Shown here: one piece after another, positions 47,387 through 57,647 of the stretch
Numbering within the stretch: position 1 is the stretch's first letter
Layout of the letters: every line of letters starts with the position of its first letter
IMG/VR virus record: IMGVR_UViG_3300025133_000034
Origin: an uncultured virus (IMG/VR IMGVR_UViG_3300025133_000034)
Lineage: Duplodnaviria; Heunggongvirae; Uroviricota; Caudoviricetes
Reading direction: 5' to 3' (one strand)
Length of the DNA: 64,000 nt
Notes under the pieces: generated by a model
Seen by the model: only the letters and a program-made list of their open reading frames with translations
Databases searched by the model: none
What the model was told of the DNA's origin: nothing
Position numbers and translations under genes: made by a program

Positions 47387-49318
47387 CTAGCTTGCGCCAG
47401 ACTCACCAAGAAGTCCGCGTACAACAACGAGGCCATACATATCAGGTCGAACCATCTTCTTAGCGTAACGAGTCATCACGCCCTTACGGGGCACGAAGTC
47501 CTCGGTACCGAAGATCGTCGGGGTGACCTGTAGCGGCACGTACGGAGCGTACACATATCCACTCTCTAAGAAGCTGCTTCCTCTCCGTCCAATGAGGATG
47601 AGGTTACGCGGGAAGTAAGGATCAACCCAAACGTCCCACTTCTTGGAAAGTGAACCAGCATTAACAGCACCAACAGATCCCTTGTCAGAATCATGCGTGA
47701 CACTAGCACGGAAACCAGAAGTGAACTCAAGGATGTTAGCAACTTCAGGTGAGGTCACCAGGAAGTTAGCTCCACCGCGTAGAGTTTTTCTATGAATCTG
47801 AGCAGAAACGTCATTGACGGTCTCGACAAGAGTCTCGTACCATTCGCTTACCGTACCGGTGAAGTCCGGAGCAGCTGCCGTAGCACCAAGTTCCGCACCA
47901 GTAGTACGATTAACGAACAAACCAGGCGAACGTGACCAGTAATACGTACCAGCTTTAGAACCCTGAACGAGGTCATTAAGAATCTCACGATCAATCTCTA
48001 GAGCAATCTGCTCAGAAAGAATCTGGGTGAGTTCAACTTCCGCATCTAGGTTGTGATACGCATTTAGATCCTGACCAAGCTCGGGAGACCATTTGGCCTT
48101 GAGCTTTTTCGTTACCGCGGTAACAGCAATGCTGTCGACCTTGATATCAATCTCGGGAATCTGATTCTTGGCTTGATCACTTGCCTGTCCAGAGTTGACG
48201 CCGGCAGTACCGCTCGCCTCCTCAAGAGCCCAGTGGTCAGCGCCCTTAACAGAACCTAGGCCGCTGCCGTTCGCGAACGCATCGGCGCGCGGGAAAATAA
48301 GCGTAACTTGCTGCGCATCGGTGTCGCTGAAGTCCGGTGTGACACCTGAACCATGACGAAGATAGAAAGAAATAAAGTTAGCATTAGTTACATCGTTCGT
48401 CACAGCGGTCGAGACGCCGTTAACCTTTGCAATTCGTCCACCAGTGGAGTCAGTGTAACCTAGATGTGTCAAGCGTCGTACAACAACCAAATCGGTATTC
48501 GCGCCTGTGCCAGACGTAGCACCAAAAATTGGAGTTAGATCACGCTCTACCAGGGTCATTGCTTGAAGCTGGTTTAGATTGATCGCATCCATCTGAGCTT
48601 GCGTAAGTTTTGCAACCACACAGCTCATCTGTTGCAGCCAGGCATCTTCGTTTGCCAAGATATCAGGATCAAAACGAATCTGAGCTTTCTGAGCCTCAGT
48701 AAGACTCTCAATCTCGACGCCCGTTGAAACCAAAGCAGGGCCATTGGTCGCCATGGTGCCATCGTTGATCTCGCCGCCGTTCATGCTCGCCGGGTTCGCG
48801 GTGGTGACCGCATCGGTTAGTTCAACAGAACCAGTCGGTGAAGAGTAGGCATTAGCCATGTTATAGAAGCCACCACCGGTCTCAGTAATATCGGTGACGC
48901 CACCAGTGACCTGGCTAGCAACAACCCCACCACCGTATAGTGAATCGCCTTGGTCAAGGCCTAGGCGAGCCGTAGTCTCATCACTGTACGTGAAGTCCAG
49001 GAAGAAAATAAGACCAGACGGCAAGCTCATAGGCTGAACCGACACGAGGTCATTCGCAAGTAGTCCACCGAATACACGACGGACAATGGGGAACGCCACG
49101 GAAGCGAAACCCTCAACATCACCAGCTGCCATAGACGAAGCTTCTTTTAGAAGCTGCGCGGCCTGGTTCTCTAACATACGGGCCATGCCCTGTCTTTTGG
49201 AATCATTTTCGATTCCCTCAAGAAGTCCAGTGCGCTCCCACTTTTCTAGTAGTGCAGCACCTTCTCTCTGAAGGCTACGCGACGCGATACCTTCAGTTAG
49301 CTTTTTTAATACAGACAT
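47387..49318 (-). CDS. major capsid protein (T4 gp23-like)
   Basis: Start MSVLKKLTEG with AAGGAG RBS; VSVQPMSLPSGLIF, KLKAKWSPELGQDL, EIDREI, YAPYVPL, GVMTRY. Confidence 0.96.
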   Translation of the reverse strand: MSVLKKLTEGIASRSLQREGAALLEKWERTGLLEGIENDSKRQGMARMLENQAAQLLKEASSMAAGDVEGFASVAFPIVRRVFGGLLANDLVSVQPMSLPSGLIFFLDFTYSDETTARLGLDQGDSLYGGGVVASQVTGGVTDITETGGGFYNMANAYSSPTGSVELTDAVTTANPASMNGGEINDGTMATNGPALVSTGVEIESLTEAQKAQIRFDPDILANEDAWLQQMSCVVAKLTQAQMDAINLNQLQAMTLVERDLTPIFGATSGTGANTDLVVVRRLTHLGYTDSTGGRIAKVNGVSTAVTNDVTNANFISFYLRHGSGVTPDFSDTDAQQVTLIFPRADAFANGSGLGSVKGADHWALEEASGTAGVNSGQASDQAKNQIPEIDIKVDSIAVTAVTKKLKAKWSPELGQDLNAYHNLDAEVELTQILSEQIALEIDREILNDLVQGSKAGTYYWSRSPGLFVNRTTGAELGATAAAPDFTGTVSEWYETLVETVNDVSAQIHRKTLRGGANFLVTSPEVANILEFTSGFRASVTHDSDKGSVGAVNAGSLSKKWDVWVDPYFPRNLILIGRRGSSFLESGYVYAPYVPLQVTPTIFGTEDFVPRKGVMTRYAKKMVRPDMYGLVVVRGLLGESGAS

Positions 49319-49353
49319 TTTTTTAATCTCCTTTTTTGTGTAATATTTATCTG

Positions 49354-50523
49354 TTAATCGCGAGTGGGGGCTAACCCTGCTAGCGATTTCCAACGATCAT
49401 ACGTTGGGTTCTTCTTTGTTTGTCTCTTGGGCTCTCTTCTCCCACCAGACAATATCATTGAAGAGGATTTTTCGACTGCTTCGCGAAGTGATTTCGGCTG
49501 CTTTTTACGAGAGGTGCTGCCCACTGTGCTTTCAAGGGTCTCAAATATTACTTTTGCTTCTTCAACGGACTCAGCGCTAGAAACAGCTTCGACAAGCTTA
49601 CGCTTTTGTCGCTCATTAAGGGAGGCGCTGTCTAGTGCCTTGTTTTGATAAAGTAGTTTAGCATTTCTCAAATTAACTTCATCAAGTTTTTCTTTTAATA
49701 TCAGGACGACGCGCTGAAACTTCGTTACTTGTTTCTTGGAATCACCAAGCGCCGCTCTGAACTGTGTATTTTGTTTTGTTAGACTTTCATTTACTTTTGT
49801 GACTTTGTCCACAGCTTTACGAATGGCTGTATTGTGTTCTCTACGTTCGGAATCCATCTCTAAAGCCAATAACTCTTCTTCTGCCAGCCTAATGCTTGAT
49901 TCTGGAGTTCCCGCCCAGCCAGATTTTCTTGGATGTATATCAACAATTAATTCTTCAGACAGGGCCGCGGCAACTGCTTCTTCCAAAGCTTCGCCTAGAT
50001 CCTCCTCGTCAAGAATCACCTCGTCATCCTCGTACAAGGCTTCAGAATCATCCTCTTGTTCGTACATGGCGCCTTCGACATGATCTTCTTGTTCCCCCTG
50101 CAATAAAATTTCTTCTAAATCGCTCTGCATGACTTCCAAAAGAGCGTTTTCTTGTATTTCTGGATCATCGATATACGCGCCGTTCAAGCGTTCTATTTCA
50201 CTAAGCTTTTTAATTTCATTCATTAAATTTTCTAAAGGTATTTCGATCTCTTCGTCTAAGTCTTCCGATGTGACAGCTAGCGGAATATGTTCCATCACTG
50301 GAGACTCCTCTTCTCCCTCCCCCTCTTCCATGGGGGCTCCACCTGCAGGGGGGGCTGCAGCAGGATCCTCTGCGGCCATTGGATCTTCCTGTTCTAGCAA
50401 GGAGCCAACAGCCTCTTTGATTTGGTTAGAATACTTTTCTAATATTACATTTTCAGCGTTTCTGACGGCGGCTTCTTTTAAAGCGGCTGCGTCAATGATA
50501 GCCTTTTCCAACATGTCAGACAT
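49354..50523 (-). CDS. prohead core / scaffold protein (gp22-like)
   Basis: Acidic coiled coil directly upstream of the capsid gene; LDEVNLRNAKLLY, RWKSLAGL; many [LI]xE sites. Confidence 0.85.
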   Translation of the reverse strand: MSDMLEKAIIDAAALKEAAVRNAENVILEKYSNQIKEAVGSLLEQEDPMAAEDPAAAPPAGGAPMEEGEGEEESPVMEHIPLAVTSEDLDEEIEIPLENLMNEIKKLSEIERLNGAYIDDPEIQENALLEVMQSDLEEILLQGEQEDHVEGAMYEQEDDSEALYEDDEVILDEEDLGEALEEAVAAALSEELIVDIHPRKSGWAGTPESSIRLAEEELLALEMDSERREHNTAIRKAVDKVTKVNESLTKQNTQFRAALGDSKKQVTKFQRVVLILKEKLDEVNLRNAKLLYQNKALDSASLNERQKRKLVEAVSSAESVEEAKVIFETLESTVGSTSRKKQPKSLREAVEKSSSMILSGGRREPKRQTKKNPTYDRWKSLAGLAPTRD

Positions 50524-50555
50524 TTAAATACTCCTCAGGAAACAGTTTGTCATAA

Positions 50556-50563
50556 TAAATAGT
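50556..50563 (-). promoter_or_regulatory. putative late promoter ACTATTTA (scaffold and capsid)
   Basis: Recurrent motif. Confidence 0.65.
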
Positions 50564-50598
50564 AGGTTGAGTTTTTAAATGACTTTTTTTGAGATCTG

Positions 50599-53500
50599 TT
50601 AAGTAGCACATAGCCCGGTCACGTGCCACAAACTATAATTGGCCTCAGAATAGAGGCACACCAAGTCAATATAATCACCCTGCGTCACGGACGCGCCATT
50701 GATAGTTATCGTGTGGCTACTGATGGTTATGCCGGCTGCAGCAGAGTCGTCAGCTGCAGCTGAGGCAATGCTTCCTATTATAGCATCACAATCACTGCCC
50801 GGGGTAGATCCGTTCGCATCACCTCGAACAATAGTAATGTCTCCTTTGTCGCCGGCGTTCGCGAATCCGGCGAGCACAACCCTAAGATTATATCCAAGCA
50901 TCAATCCGGCGGTCGAGGCGGAACCGCCAGAATGAGGTAGGGTTACAGTATAAGACCCACCATCTGGTGCCGTTGCAGCCAGGGTAGCCCCCATATATGG
51001 TAGAGTATATCCGTTGAAGCCGTTTCCGCCGTCTGCGGCATTGGATCCGGATAGAGATAAGGCCGACGAGAGGAGGGCTACATATTTCTTATAAGCAAAG
51101 GCGCCGGCGCCTTGTGAGTTTCTTACAACTGCACACTCCACACCATCATAGTTTTTAAATACCAGATCATCATCATCTACTTTAAGTTGAATGATAACAT
51201 CTCCGGGTGTTGAATCCATGTCGATAGCTAATTGAGCGGTGCCGCCGTCCTCAAAAGAAATATCGCCGGCTGTCGAATTAAGCTTTAGAGTATTCGGAGA
51301 TGTAAATGAGCCTGAAGTGGCGATATCTCCAGTTGACTTCATCGTGCCAACAACCTGGAGGTCACTAGAGCCTGAAATGTTCTCCAAGAAAAGACTTCCA
51401 AATTTATCTGAAGCGCTTCCTAGGTTGTGAGTGCTATTAGGGAGGATATTAGCGTTGATCTTACCAGTGATGGTAATGTCATCAGATGCCCCGTCACCTA
51501 ATGTAACTGATCCTTTTGTAGTCAAGTCTCCGCGAATTGTTGCGGCGCCATGTACGGCAAGAGTGCTACCGCATAGAAAAGTACTCGATCCAGATACAGA
51601 GCCAGTCGTTGCAATATCACCAGTTGACTTCATTGTGCCAACAATTTCAAGGTTGCCAGAGCCTGAGACAGAAGTGCTGTACAAGCCAACTGCAGTTAAG
51701 GATCCGCTAGTTGCAATATCACCAGTTGACTTCATTGTGCCAACAATTTCAAGGTTGCCAGAGCCTGAGACAGAAGTGCTGTACAAGTCAACTGCAGTTA
51801 AGGATCCGCTAGTTGCAATGTTGCCAGTTGACTTCATTGTGCCAACTATCTCAAGGTTGCCAGAGCCTGAGACAGAAGTGCTGTACAAACCAGCTGCAGT
51901 TAGGGATCCGCTAGTTGCGATGTTGCCAGTTGACTTCATTGTGCCAACTATCTCAAGGTTGCCAGAGCCTGATATAGCACCGTTGGCGCCAATAACCATT
52001 CGTGTTACAAGGGTGTCAGAGCCATCCGAGCATGTATCAAATTCAATATTTGTAGGCACATCAGATCCAACAGTCCATGCGCTGTCGGGTATACCTCGCA
52101 TGCGAGCGCCGATGCTATAGGTGCCTCCATCTTCTGTGCCTTGAAATTCCACCCCACCCAGCACATCGCTAGCGTCAAGCGCAGCGTCGTGTTTAGAGAG
52201 CACCAAGGCCGGGCCAGAAAGATTCTCTAAATGCAAGGTGTCTTGCGGATTCTCAAGTCCAATACCTACTGCGCCATTGTGAGTAATTCTCATTCGTTCA
52301 GTTAACGCATCGTCAGCCCCTGTATTGGTTGCAAAAGCAAGGTCTGTATCAAATATAGAATCACTAGCTGAATCCGAACGAGCAACAATAGCAGCGCCGA
52401 TGGCGTCCTCATTACGATTGGGGTTAACAGTCATCGCGATGCCAGTGAAGGCGCCGAGCTGTGTTGAGTCATTTTTCAAAGTTAAGCCAAAGTTGGCGTA
52501 CTCTTCGTCACTTGCAGAGCCTAGGCCGAGATTAGGCCATGTTGTGTTGTCTAGGTAGTTTAAACGCATCCTAGCGTCGCTGCCACTTATGGTAAGAGAG
52601 TTGTTGAGATTGAAAGTGCCTGTAATTTGATGCACGTCAGTAGAGCTAGTACCCAAGAAAGCCGAACCAGAAACGTCTAATCGTCCCCGAGGTGCCTGAG
52701 GAGAGACAAAATTACTTGAAGGCAAGTTGCCAGATCCAAGTAGAAGTCCACCGTGATGAAGATGCGCGACCAGGGTTTTGGTAGCAGCACCGTCCGGAGT
52801 TAGCCGAAATTCTAAAGCTGCAGGGGAATCTGAGTCAATTACAAAATCCTTAAGTGCAGTAGCTCTTATATGTACAGGCCAGTCGTAGTCACTGCCATTC
52901 TCCGTTGCACCAAAGTATATATTACCCAAGGGGTCACCTTCTTCAATAGCGGTGTCGCGTCGGTCTAGCTCAATAGTTCCGCCGGTGCCGCTTATAGAGT
53001 CCTCTATGTGGAGCATATCTTTTATGCTGCCAGAAACGCCTATGCCAATGCGGCCTGCAGAGTCCATTTTTAAGCCGCAGCCCTGAGGATAATCTTGCGA
53101 AGCTAGCTGAATGTTTGAACCTGATATAACAACACCCTTGCCAGCCTTGGTATTGGTAATAGCCAAATAATCGTTGCTGGCTTCTTGGTATATTATAGAA
53201 GCCTCTTCAGAATCTCCAAAATAAAGACATTGATCATCTTTTATTAGGGCGCCCACAGAAGCTGTCAGGCGGCCAGTTACCGTAGTTACGTCTGTAGCAG
53301 CAACTCCCAAGGTAACATCATTGTCAAATGTAACGTCTTGTTCAAAGGTGGCAGCTGCACCAGCAAAGCGAAGCTCATCGGTACCATCCTCATCGTACTC
53401 AATAGTTGCATCATCCGCTTTGCCAAATGTTAGTTTAACATCATCTGGTATGTTAACAGCTGCAGAGGCTGATAGTGTGATGTCTCTCTGGTTAGTTTTT

Positions 53501-54267
53501 AGGACCAGGCCATCGCTACCGCTCTTTATAGTACAAGCTGAGAGGACACCTTCTGCAGTACCGGCTCCTAGATAGATCGCACTGTTCTCACCCTCCAAAG
53601 TAAGAGCGTTGCTGCCGTCGTCTTTATAAAACTTAAGCACGCCGTCGCCGCCGGCGTTGGATCCTAATATCATACTATAGTTGCTCGCGTAGCCGAGTCT
53701 TATATAATCACCGCCGTCAGTTGTGTTTTTTATTTCTAAGAGAGGGCCAGCCGATGAACCGGTAAGAGTTAATACTCCAGTAGAATAATCATATTCAAAG
53801 CCGTCTGAACCACTCTGCATAACACTACCATCAACGGCGCCAGTGATAAAAAGGACGTGTTTATCTGCCGAACCGGTCAAGTGCCATAGCTCTATAGCCG
53901 ATAGATCACCTATAACAATCGAGGCTATAGTGTCTTCAACAGCTAATTTGGTCCACGTTTTGGATCCTCCGCCATAACTGCCAGAATATATAATCCAGTC
54001 ATTTAAATCCCAATTTGTATGGCCATCAACAGTTGTGGTGCCAGATCCAGTTACTTGCCAATAATCTCCGATAGCAGCTGTTATGTTTGTTGATCGATTA
54101 TAGCCTCCATAACCGGTCGTTGTATCAAAAAGAGTAGTAATAGCCGTTTGTTCATCGCCTGGGGCGCCTGTTAAACGTGATCCTGTGGCCTCATTTGTAT
54201 CGGCATTCCACCAACCTTGGAACCTATTAGCTCCTAAAAACGATATACTTCCTGATGCTGCTGCCAT
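50599..54267 (-). CDS. large Ser/Gly/Thr-rich virion fibre-like protein
   Basis: 1222 aa; FQGWWNA..N, GDYWQV; ERMRI..NG.VGIG fibre motifs; internal 34-aa repeats. Confidence 0.75.
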   Translation of the reverse strand: MAAASGSISFLGANRFQGWWNADTNEATGSRLTGAPGDEQTAITTLFDTTTGYGGYNRSTNITAAIGDYWQVTGSGTTTVDGHTNWDLNDWIIYSGSYGGGSKTWTKLAVEDTIASIVIGDLSAIELWHLTGSADKHVLFITGAVDGSVMQSGSDGFEYDYSTGVLTLTGSSAGPLLEIKNTTDGGDYIRLGYASNYSMILGSNAGGDGVLKFYKDDGSNALTLEGENSAIYLGAGTAEGVLSACTIKSGSDGLVLKTNQRDITLSASAAVNIPDDVKLTFGKADDATIEYDEDGTDELRFAGAAATFEQDVTFDNDVTLGVAATDVTTVTGRLTASVGALIKDDQCLYFGDSEEASIIYQEASNDYLAITNTKAGKGVVISGSNIQLASQDYPQGCGLKMDSAGRIGIGVSGSIKDMLHIEDSISGTGGTIELDRRDTAIEEGDPLGNIYFGATENGSDYDWPVHIRATALKDFVIDSDSPAALEFRLTPDGAATKTLVAHLHHGGLLLGSGNLPSSNFVSPQAPRGRLDVSGSAFLGTSSTDVHQITGTFNLNNSLTISGSDARMRLNYLDNTTWPNLGLGSASDEEYANFGLTLKNDSTQLGAFTGIAMTVNPNRNEDAIGAAIVARSDSASDSIFDTDLAFATNTGADDALTERMRITHNGAVGIGLENPQDTLHLENLSGPALVLSKHDAALDASDVLGGVEFQGTEDGGTYSIGARMRGIPDSAWTVGSDVPTNIEFDTCSDGSDTLVTRMVIGANGAISGSGNLEIVGTMKSTGNIATSGSLTAAGLYSTSVSGSGNLEIVGTMKSTGNIATSGSLTAVDLYSTSVSGSGNLEIVGTMKSTGDIATSGSLTAVGLYSTSVSGSGNLEIVGTMKSTGDIATTGSVSGSSTFLCGSTLAVHGAATIRGDLTTKGSVTLGDGASDDITITGKINANILPNSTHNLGSASDKFGSLFLENISGSSDLQVVGTMKSTGDIATSGSFTSPNTLKLNSTAGDISFEDGGTAQLAIDMDSTPGDVIIQLKVDDDDLVFKNYDGVECAVVRNSQGAGAFAYKKYVALLSSALSLSGSNAADGGNGFNGYTLPYMGATLAATAPDGGSYTVTLPHSGGSASTAGLMLGYNLRVVLAGFANAGDKGDITIVRGDANGSTPGSDCDAIIGSIASAAADDSAAAGITISSHTITINGASVTQGDYIDLVCLYSEANYSLWHVTGLCAT
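51600..51972 (-). repeat. 102-nt tandem repeat (~3.6 copies) encoding a 34-aa unit
   Basis: GCCTGA anchor at 51661, 51763, 51865, 51967; unit SGSGNLEIVGTMKSTG[ND]IATSGSLTAxxLYSTSV. Confidence 0.92.
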
Positions 54268-54341
54268 GCGTTGTACTCCTACTCTATATAATTAGACCTA
54301 CAGACTCAAAATGCATTTATTATATATATATTTCAAAGTTG

Positions 54342-55436
54342 TTAGCCTTGCCCCATTGTCTTTGCAACCTTAGTAGAGCTGACACCACAAATTTTTCCAA
54401 TCACGTCTCTGTCGGTGGCTGCAAGTTTTTTTCCGCCGGAGGCGCCCCATGCATATTGATAGCAGCCGGCGGAAGGAGTGCTGGTATCATAAGGACGTCC
54501 TACTAAATCAAGCAGCGCCACACTATTGTTAGTTTGATAAGAATAAGACCCCCGAGTAGTGGAAATCGTACCGGGACGGAGTCTGAAATCATCGTTGTCT
54601 TCGTCGACAAACTGCTCGCCATCAGAACTGACGTCTCCTGAATCTGAATTGTCGGCTCCGCTGGTGTTGCTTCTGAAATCGTTAGATCCCCAGCCCCAGG
54701 AAACATTATTTTCACCATCTGTGGTACCAGTAATACCACCCCATCTCACAGCTGCGCCGTCATTGTGACACAAAGAGTTGTAGACGTTAGCGGCATATAA
54801 ACCGCGCAGCGAGGTGTTTTTATCATGTGTCGTTTGTGCTGTGCAATTAACTACATCGCCGCCGCCATAACAATACACTATGGCATGGTTCCAATCCAGA
54901 ATTAAACATGAAAATATCTTGCTCGCATTCGCCGCAGACCACCAAACTCCCCAAGTCGCCTTAGTTGTGGCTTTGTGAGTGCTTTCTATAATACACCTTT
55001 CTATGACAGAGCCGGCAGCCACTGAATAATATCCACGGTTATTTGATTTAAGGTGGCAATTTGTAACTGTGCTAGCGCCGGTGGAACTATAAATAGCATA
55101 TTTCGCTGAGCCAGCCGCGGCCGCGTCGTTTACAACAGTTATATTTTTAAACTTTACACCGCCGCCGAGGGACACCTGATATGTTGCGCTCCCTTGGATA
55201 GTTACATCGCTATAGTCGCCCGAGGCGCCTTGAATAGTCGCGTCGGCCAGGTTTGAAGTGCCAGTCGCACTGACTGTTTCGGAGTATGTGCCATCCCCAA
55301 TATTGATTGTATGTGGGGCGCCAGTCCCGTTAGCGGTTGCATCAGTGATGGCATCACCGATTGTAAGTTTTGCATTTTCTTCTGATAGACCATCGTTCGA
55401 ATCGTTGCCTGACTTGTTAACGTAGTATGTAGCCAC
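54342..55436 (-). CDS. right-handed beta-helix (pectin-lyase-like) protein
   Basis: YYVNKSGNDSNDGLS...TIGDAI...TINIGDGTYSE start; repeated beta coils; FVD....DFRL C-terminal motif. Confidence 0.75.
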   Translation of the reverse strand: MATYYVNKSGNDSNDGLSEENAKLTIGDAITDATANGTGAPHTINIGDGTYSETVSATGTSNLADATIQGASGDYSDVTIQGSATYQVSLGGGVKFKNITVVNDAAAAGSAKYAIYSSTGASTVTNCHLKSNNRGYYSVAAGSVIERCIIESTHKATTKATWGVWWSAANASKIFSCLILDWNHAIVYCYGGGDVVNCTAQTTHDKNTSLRGLYAANVYNSLCHNDGAAVRWGGITGTTDGENNVSWGWGSNDFRSNTSGADNSDSGDVSSDGEQFVDEDNDDFRLRPGTISTTRGSYSYQTNNSVALLDLVGRPYDTSTPSAGCYQYAWGASGGKKLAATDRDVIGKICGVSSTKVAKTMGQG

Positions 55437-55447
55437 ATTGCGCCCTC

Positions 55448-57268
55448 CTACGTTATTTCAACCCACGTTGGGTCTGGCTTAAAATATACTAGAACATCAC
55501 TAGTCGTAGCATCTTTTGATATAGCATATCCAATAACCCTGACACAATCACCTGTACCAGAGGGTGCTGTAAAATCAAAACTACCGGCGGTTGTTGATAC
55601 GTACAGGGGCTGACCCGCAATATTTGCTGGCTTGTTGAGCACGACAGCATTAGGTACCCTAGCATAGCCTTCTAGTAAGAAAGGTATGAACATGGAGCTA
55701 GACTGAGCATTTACCCCATCAGCAGCTAATCCACTGTACCCTGGGATGCCTAGCAAATGGCTAGAGCCGCTCTCAGCAACATCAGCATCAGCTTTGTACC
55801 ATACACTTCCAGAGTGCAAGAAGTACAAAGATCCGGTGGTCACTGTGGTGTTGCCGCCAGGCGAGTATACCATTCGGCGGCCTCCGCATGCACCTATTTG
55901 ATCTAAGCTGGACGTCCAGTAACTGCCCCAGCCAGAATAAGATATAACGTCAATAACGTCAAAAGCGGATCTGGGATATTGACTGTTGACGCCGACGGCT
56001 GCCTGACTAGCATCAACATGGAGCATGTGTGTGTGGCTAACGGCACTGCCTACTACTTGTGCTTCTACTCTAAAATCATTATTTCCAGCACTTTCATTAA
56101 TAACGACAGCAGCGTCAAGAGAGGACGCTGCATTAGCGTTAACAGCTCCGGCATTAACTGAACCACTTGTTCCGATATTACCAGTAGATGTTACCGTACC
56201 AACTACATGAAAATCTCCAGAGCCTGATATATCTGATGCACTACCCAGGACGCCGACGGTCAGTGAGCCGCTAGTTGCAATTGTGCCAGCTGTGAGCGCG
56301 CCAACAACCTGTAAGGTACCAGATCCGGACACATTCGTAAAACTTCCGGCTCCGGGGGTTGTGCTCCCGATAGCAGGAGGGGCGCCCCAATCAGCGCCGC
56401 TGAGTTTGGCGGCATTGAGATTAGTACATTCTGTAGTCGAGGCAACAACAATAGGGGCTGTCCCAGTCGAGACATCTGATTCAAATGTTTGCGCTCTCAT
56501 TTCGTATGCGCCGATGTCGACATTGGCTGTCGATACAAAACCAGCAGCTGTCACTGAGCCACTAGTAGAGATTGCACCGGTTGATTTTACTGTACCATAG
56601 ACCTGTAATGTACCAGATCCTGATATATTTGTAAATTCACCAGTTGAAGGCGAAGAAGCTCCGATAGTAGTTCCATCTATTGCGCCACTGTCTATATCAA
56701 CATTAGTCATGTCTTGGTTGTCAAAATTAATTGCGCCAGCTGCGGTGAATGCGCCGATTGTTGCTGCAGTTAGTGAGCCACTTGTTGCAATATTTCCAGT
56801 TGATTTGATCGTACCTACAGCTGCAACGTTTCCGGAGCCCGAAAGAGTGGTCCCATCGTAAGTTAAAGTAGATTCATTTACAAATGTATTGTCGCTTGTC
56901 TTCCATGTAATGACGCCATTCTCTGTGTCTCCGGCAACAGAACGTGACGAACCGCCACCGCCGCCAGAATGAGTTGACAATTCTACTTCACTAATGGCGT
57001 TAGACACATAATATAGCTTATCATCTGACTTTACGTAAATTATGCCGCCTAGGCTGGCGCCAGGGACTGAAGGAGGGCCACTTTGACCCGGCAATAACTG
57101 AACCGATCCAGTCACAAGTAAGCTTCCACTATTAGTATAGTTACCTTTGTGACACATATTACCCGTCATTTGGTAATCGCCAGTCATATTCATATTACCA
57201 GTCATCTGCATGCTGCCCGACATAGTTGGAGAATTCATCGATCCGCTATACGGTTGATTATAAGACAT
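55448..57268 (-). CDS. Ser/Gly-rich virion fibre-like protein
   Basis: Repeats related to the 50599 protein; IDSGAIDGTTIG; C-terminal VRVIGYA...YFKPDPTWVE. Confidence 0.75.
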   Translation of the reverse strand: MSYNQPYSGSMNSPTMSGSMQMTGNMNMTGDYQMTGNMCHKGNYTNSGSLLVTGSVQLLPGQSGPPSVPGASLGGIIYVKSDDKLYYVSNAISEVELSTHSGGGGGSSRSVAGDTENGVITWKTSDNTFVNESTLTYDGTTLSGSGNVAAVGTIKSTGNIATSGSLTAATIGAFTAAGAINFDNQDMTNVDIDSGAIDGTTIGASSPSTGEFTNISGSGTLQVYGTVKSTGAISTSGSVTAAGFVSTANVDIGAYEMRAQTFESDVSTGTAPIVVASTTECTNLNAAKLSGADWGAPPAIGSTTPGAGSFTNVSGSGTLQVVGALTAGTIATSGSLTVGVLGSASDISGSGDFHVVGTVTSTGNIGTSGSVNAGAVNANAASSLDAAVVINESAGNNDFRVEAQVVGSAVSHTHMLHVDASQAAVGVNSQYPRSAFDVIDVISYSGWGSYWTSSLDQIGACGGRRMVYSPGGNTTVTTGSLYFLHSGSVWYKADADVAESGSSHLLGIPGYSGLAADGVNAQSSSMFIPFLLEGYARVPNAVVLNKPANIAGQPLYVSTTAGSFDFTAPSGTGDCVRVIGYAISKDATTSDVLVYFKPDPTWVEIT

Positions 57269-57291
57269 ATATTATTTCCTCTCTCCCCTGA

Positions 57292-57645
57292 TTAAATCTT
57301 CCACCAAGTTGTGCCGTCACATATTATAGTCAGCCCTACAAGAACGCCGTCGAAGCCAGTTGCAGAAGAGGAGCCATCAATTGTCTCTGATCCATCAGGA
57401 TTTATGGTTATATCTGCTTCTCCACTTCTATTTGTACTGCTCTTTATTTGTAATATTCTACCTTTTCCAGCGGTTGCCGCGGCTTCCAAGTTTACAGTAA
57501 CAGCTTGAGTGTTAGCTGCGGTAATAATAATACAGTAATCAGAAGGAAGAACCGCTACCGTCGCGCCACTGTCAGAACGTATGGAGAGTGTTTCTTCGTC
57601 TTCTTGCCTGGATGAAGCAAAGCCGGCGCCTGAGCCAAAACCCAT
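57292..57645 (-). CDS. small virion structural protein
   Basis: TVNL..AA...GRILQIK...ITINPDGSETIDG...DGTTWW. Confidence 0.7.
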   Translation of the reverse strand: MGFGSGAGFASSRQEDEETLSIRSDSGATVAVLPSDYCIIITAANTQAVTVNLEAAATAGKGRILQIKSSTNRSGEADITINPDGSETIDGSSSATGFDGVLVGLTIICDGTTWWKI

Positions 57646-57647
57646 AA

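Noticed and set aside
49319..49393. N-terminal extension of the capsid ORF (MEIASRV...)
   Set aside because: It overlaps the scaffold gene; the AAGGAG RBS points to the ATG at 49318
51600..51972. Possible CRISPR array or DGR repeat
   Set aside because: Contiguous in-frame coding repeats with no spacers, no adenine-specific variation and no reverse transcriptase or cas gene
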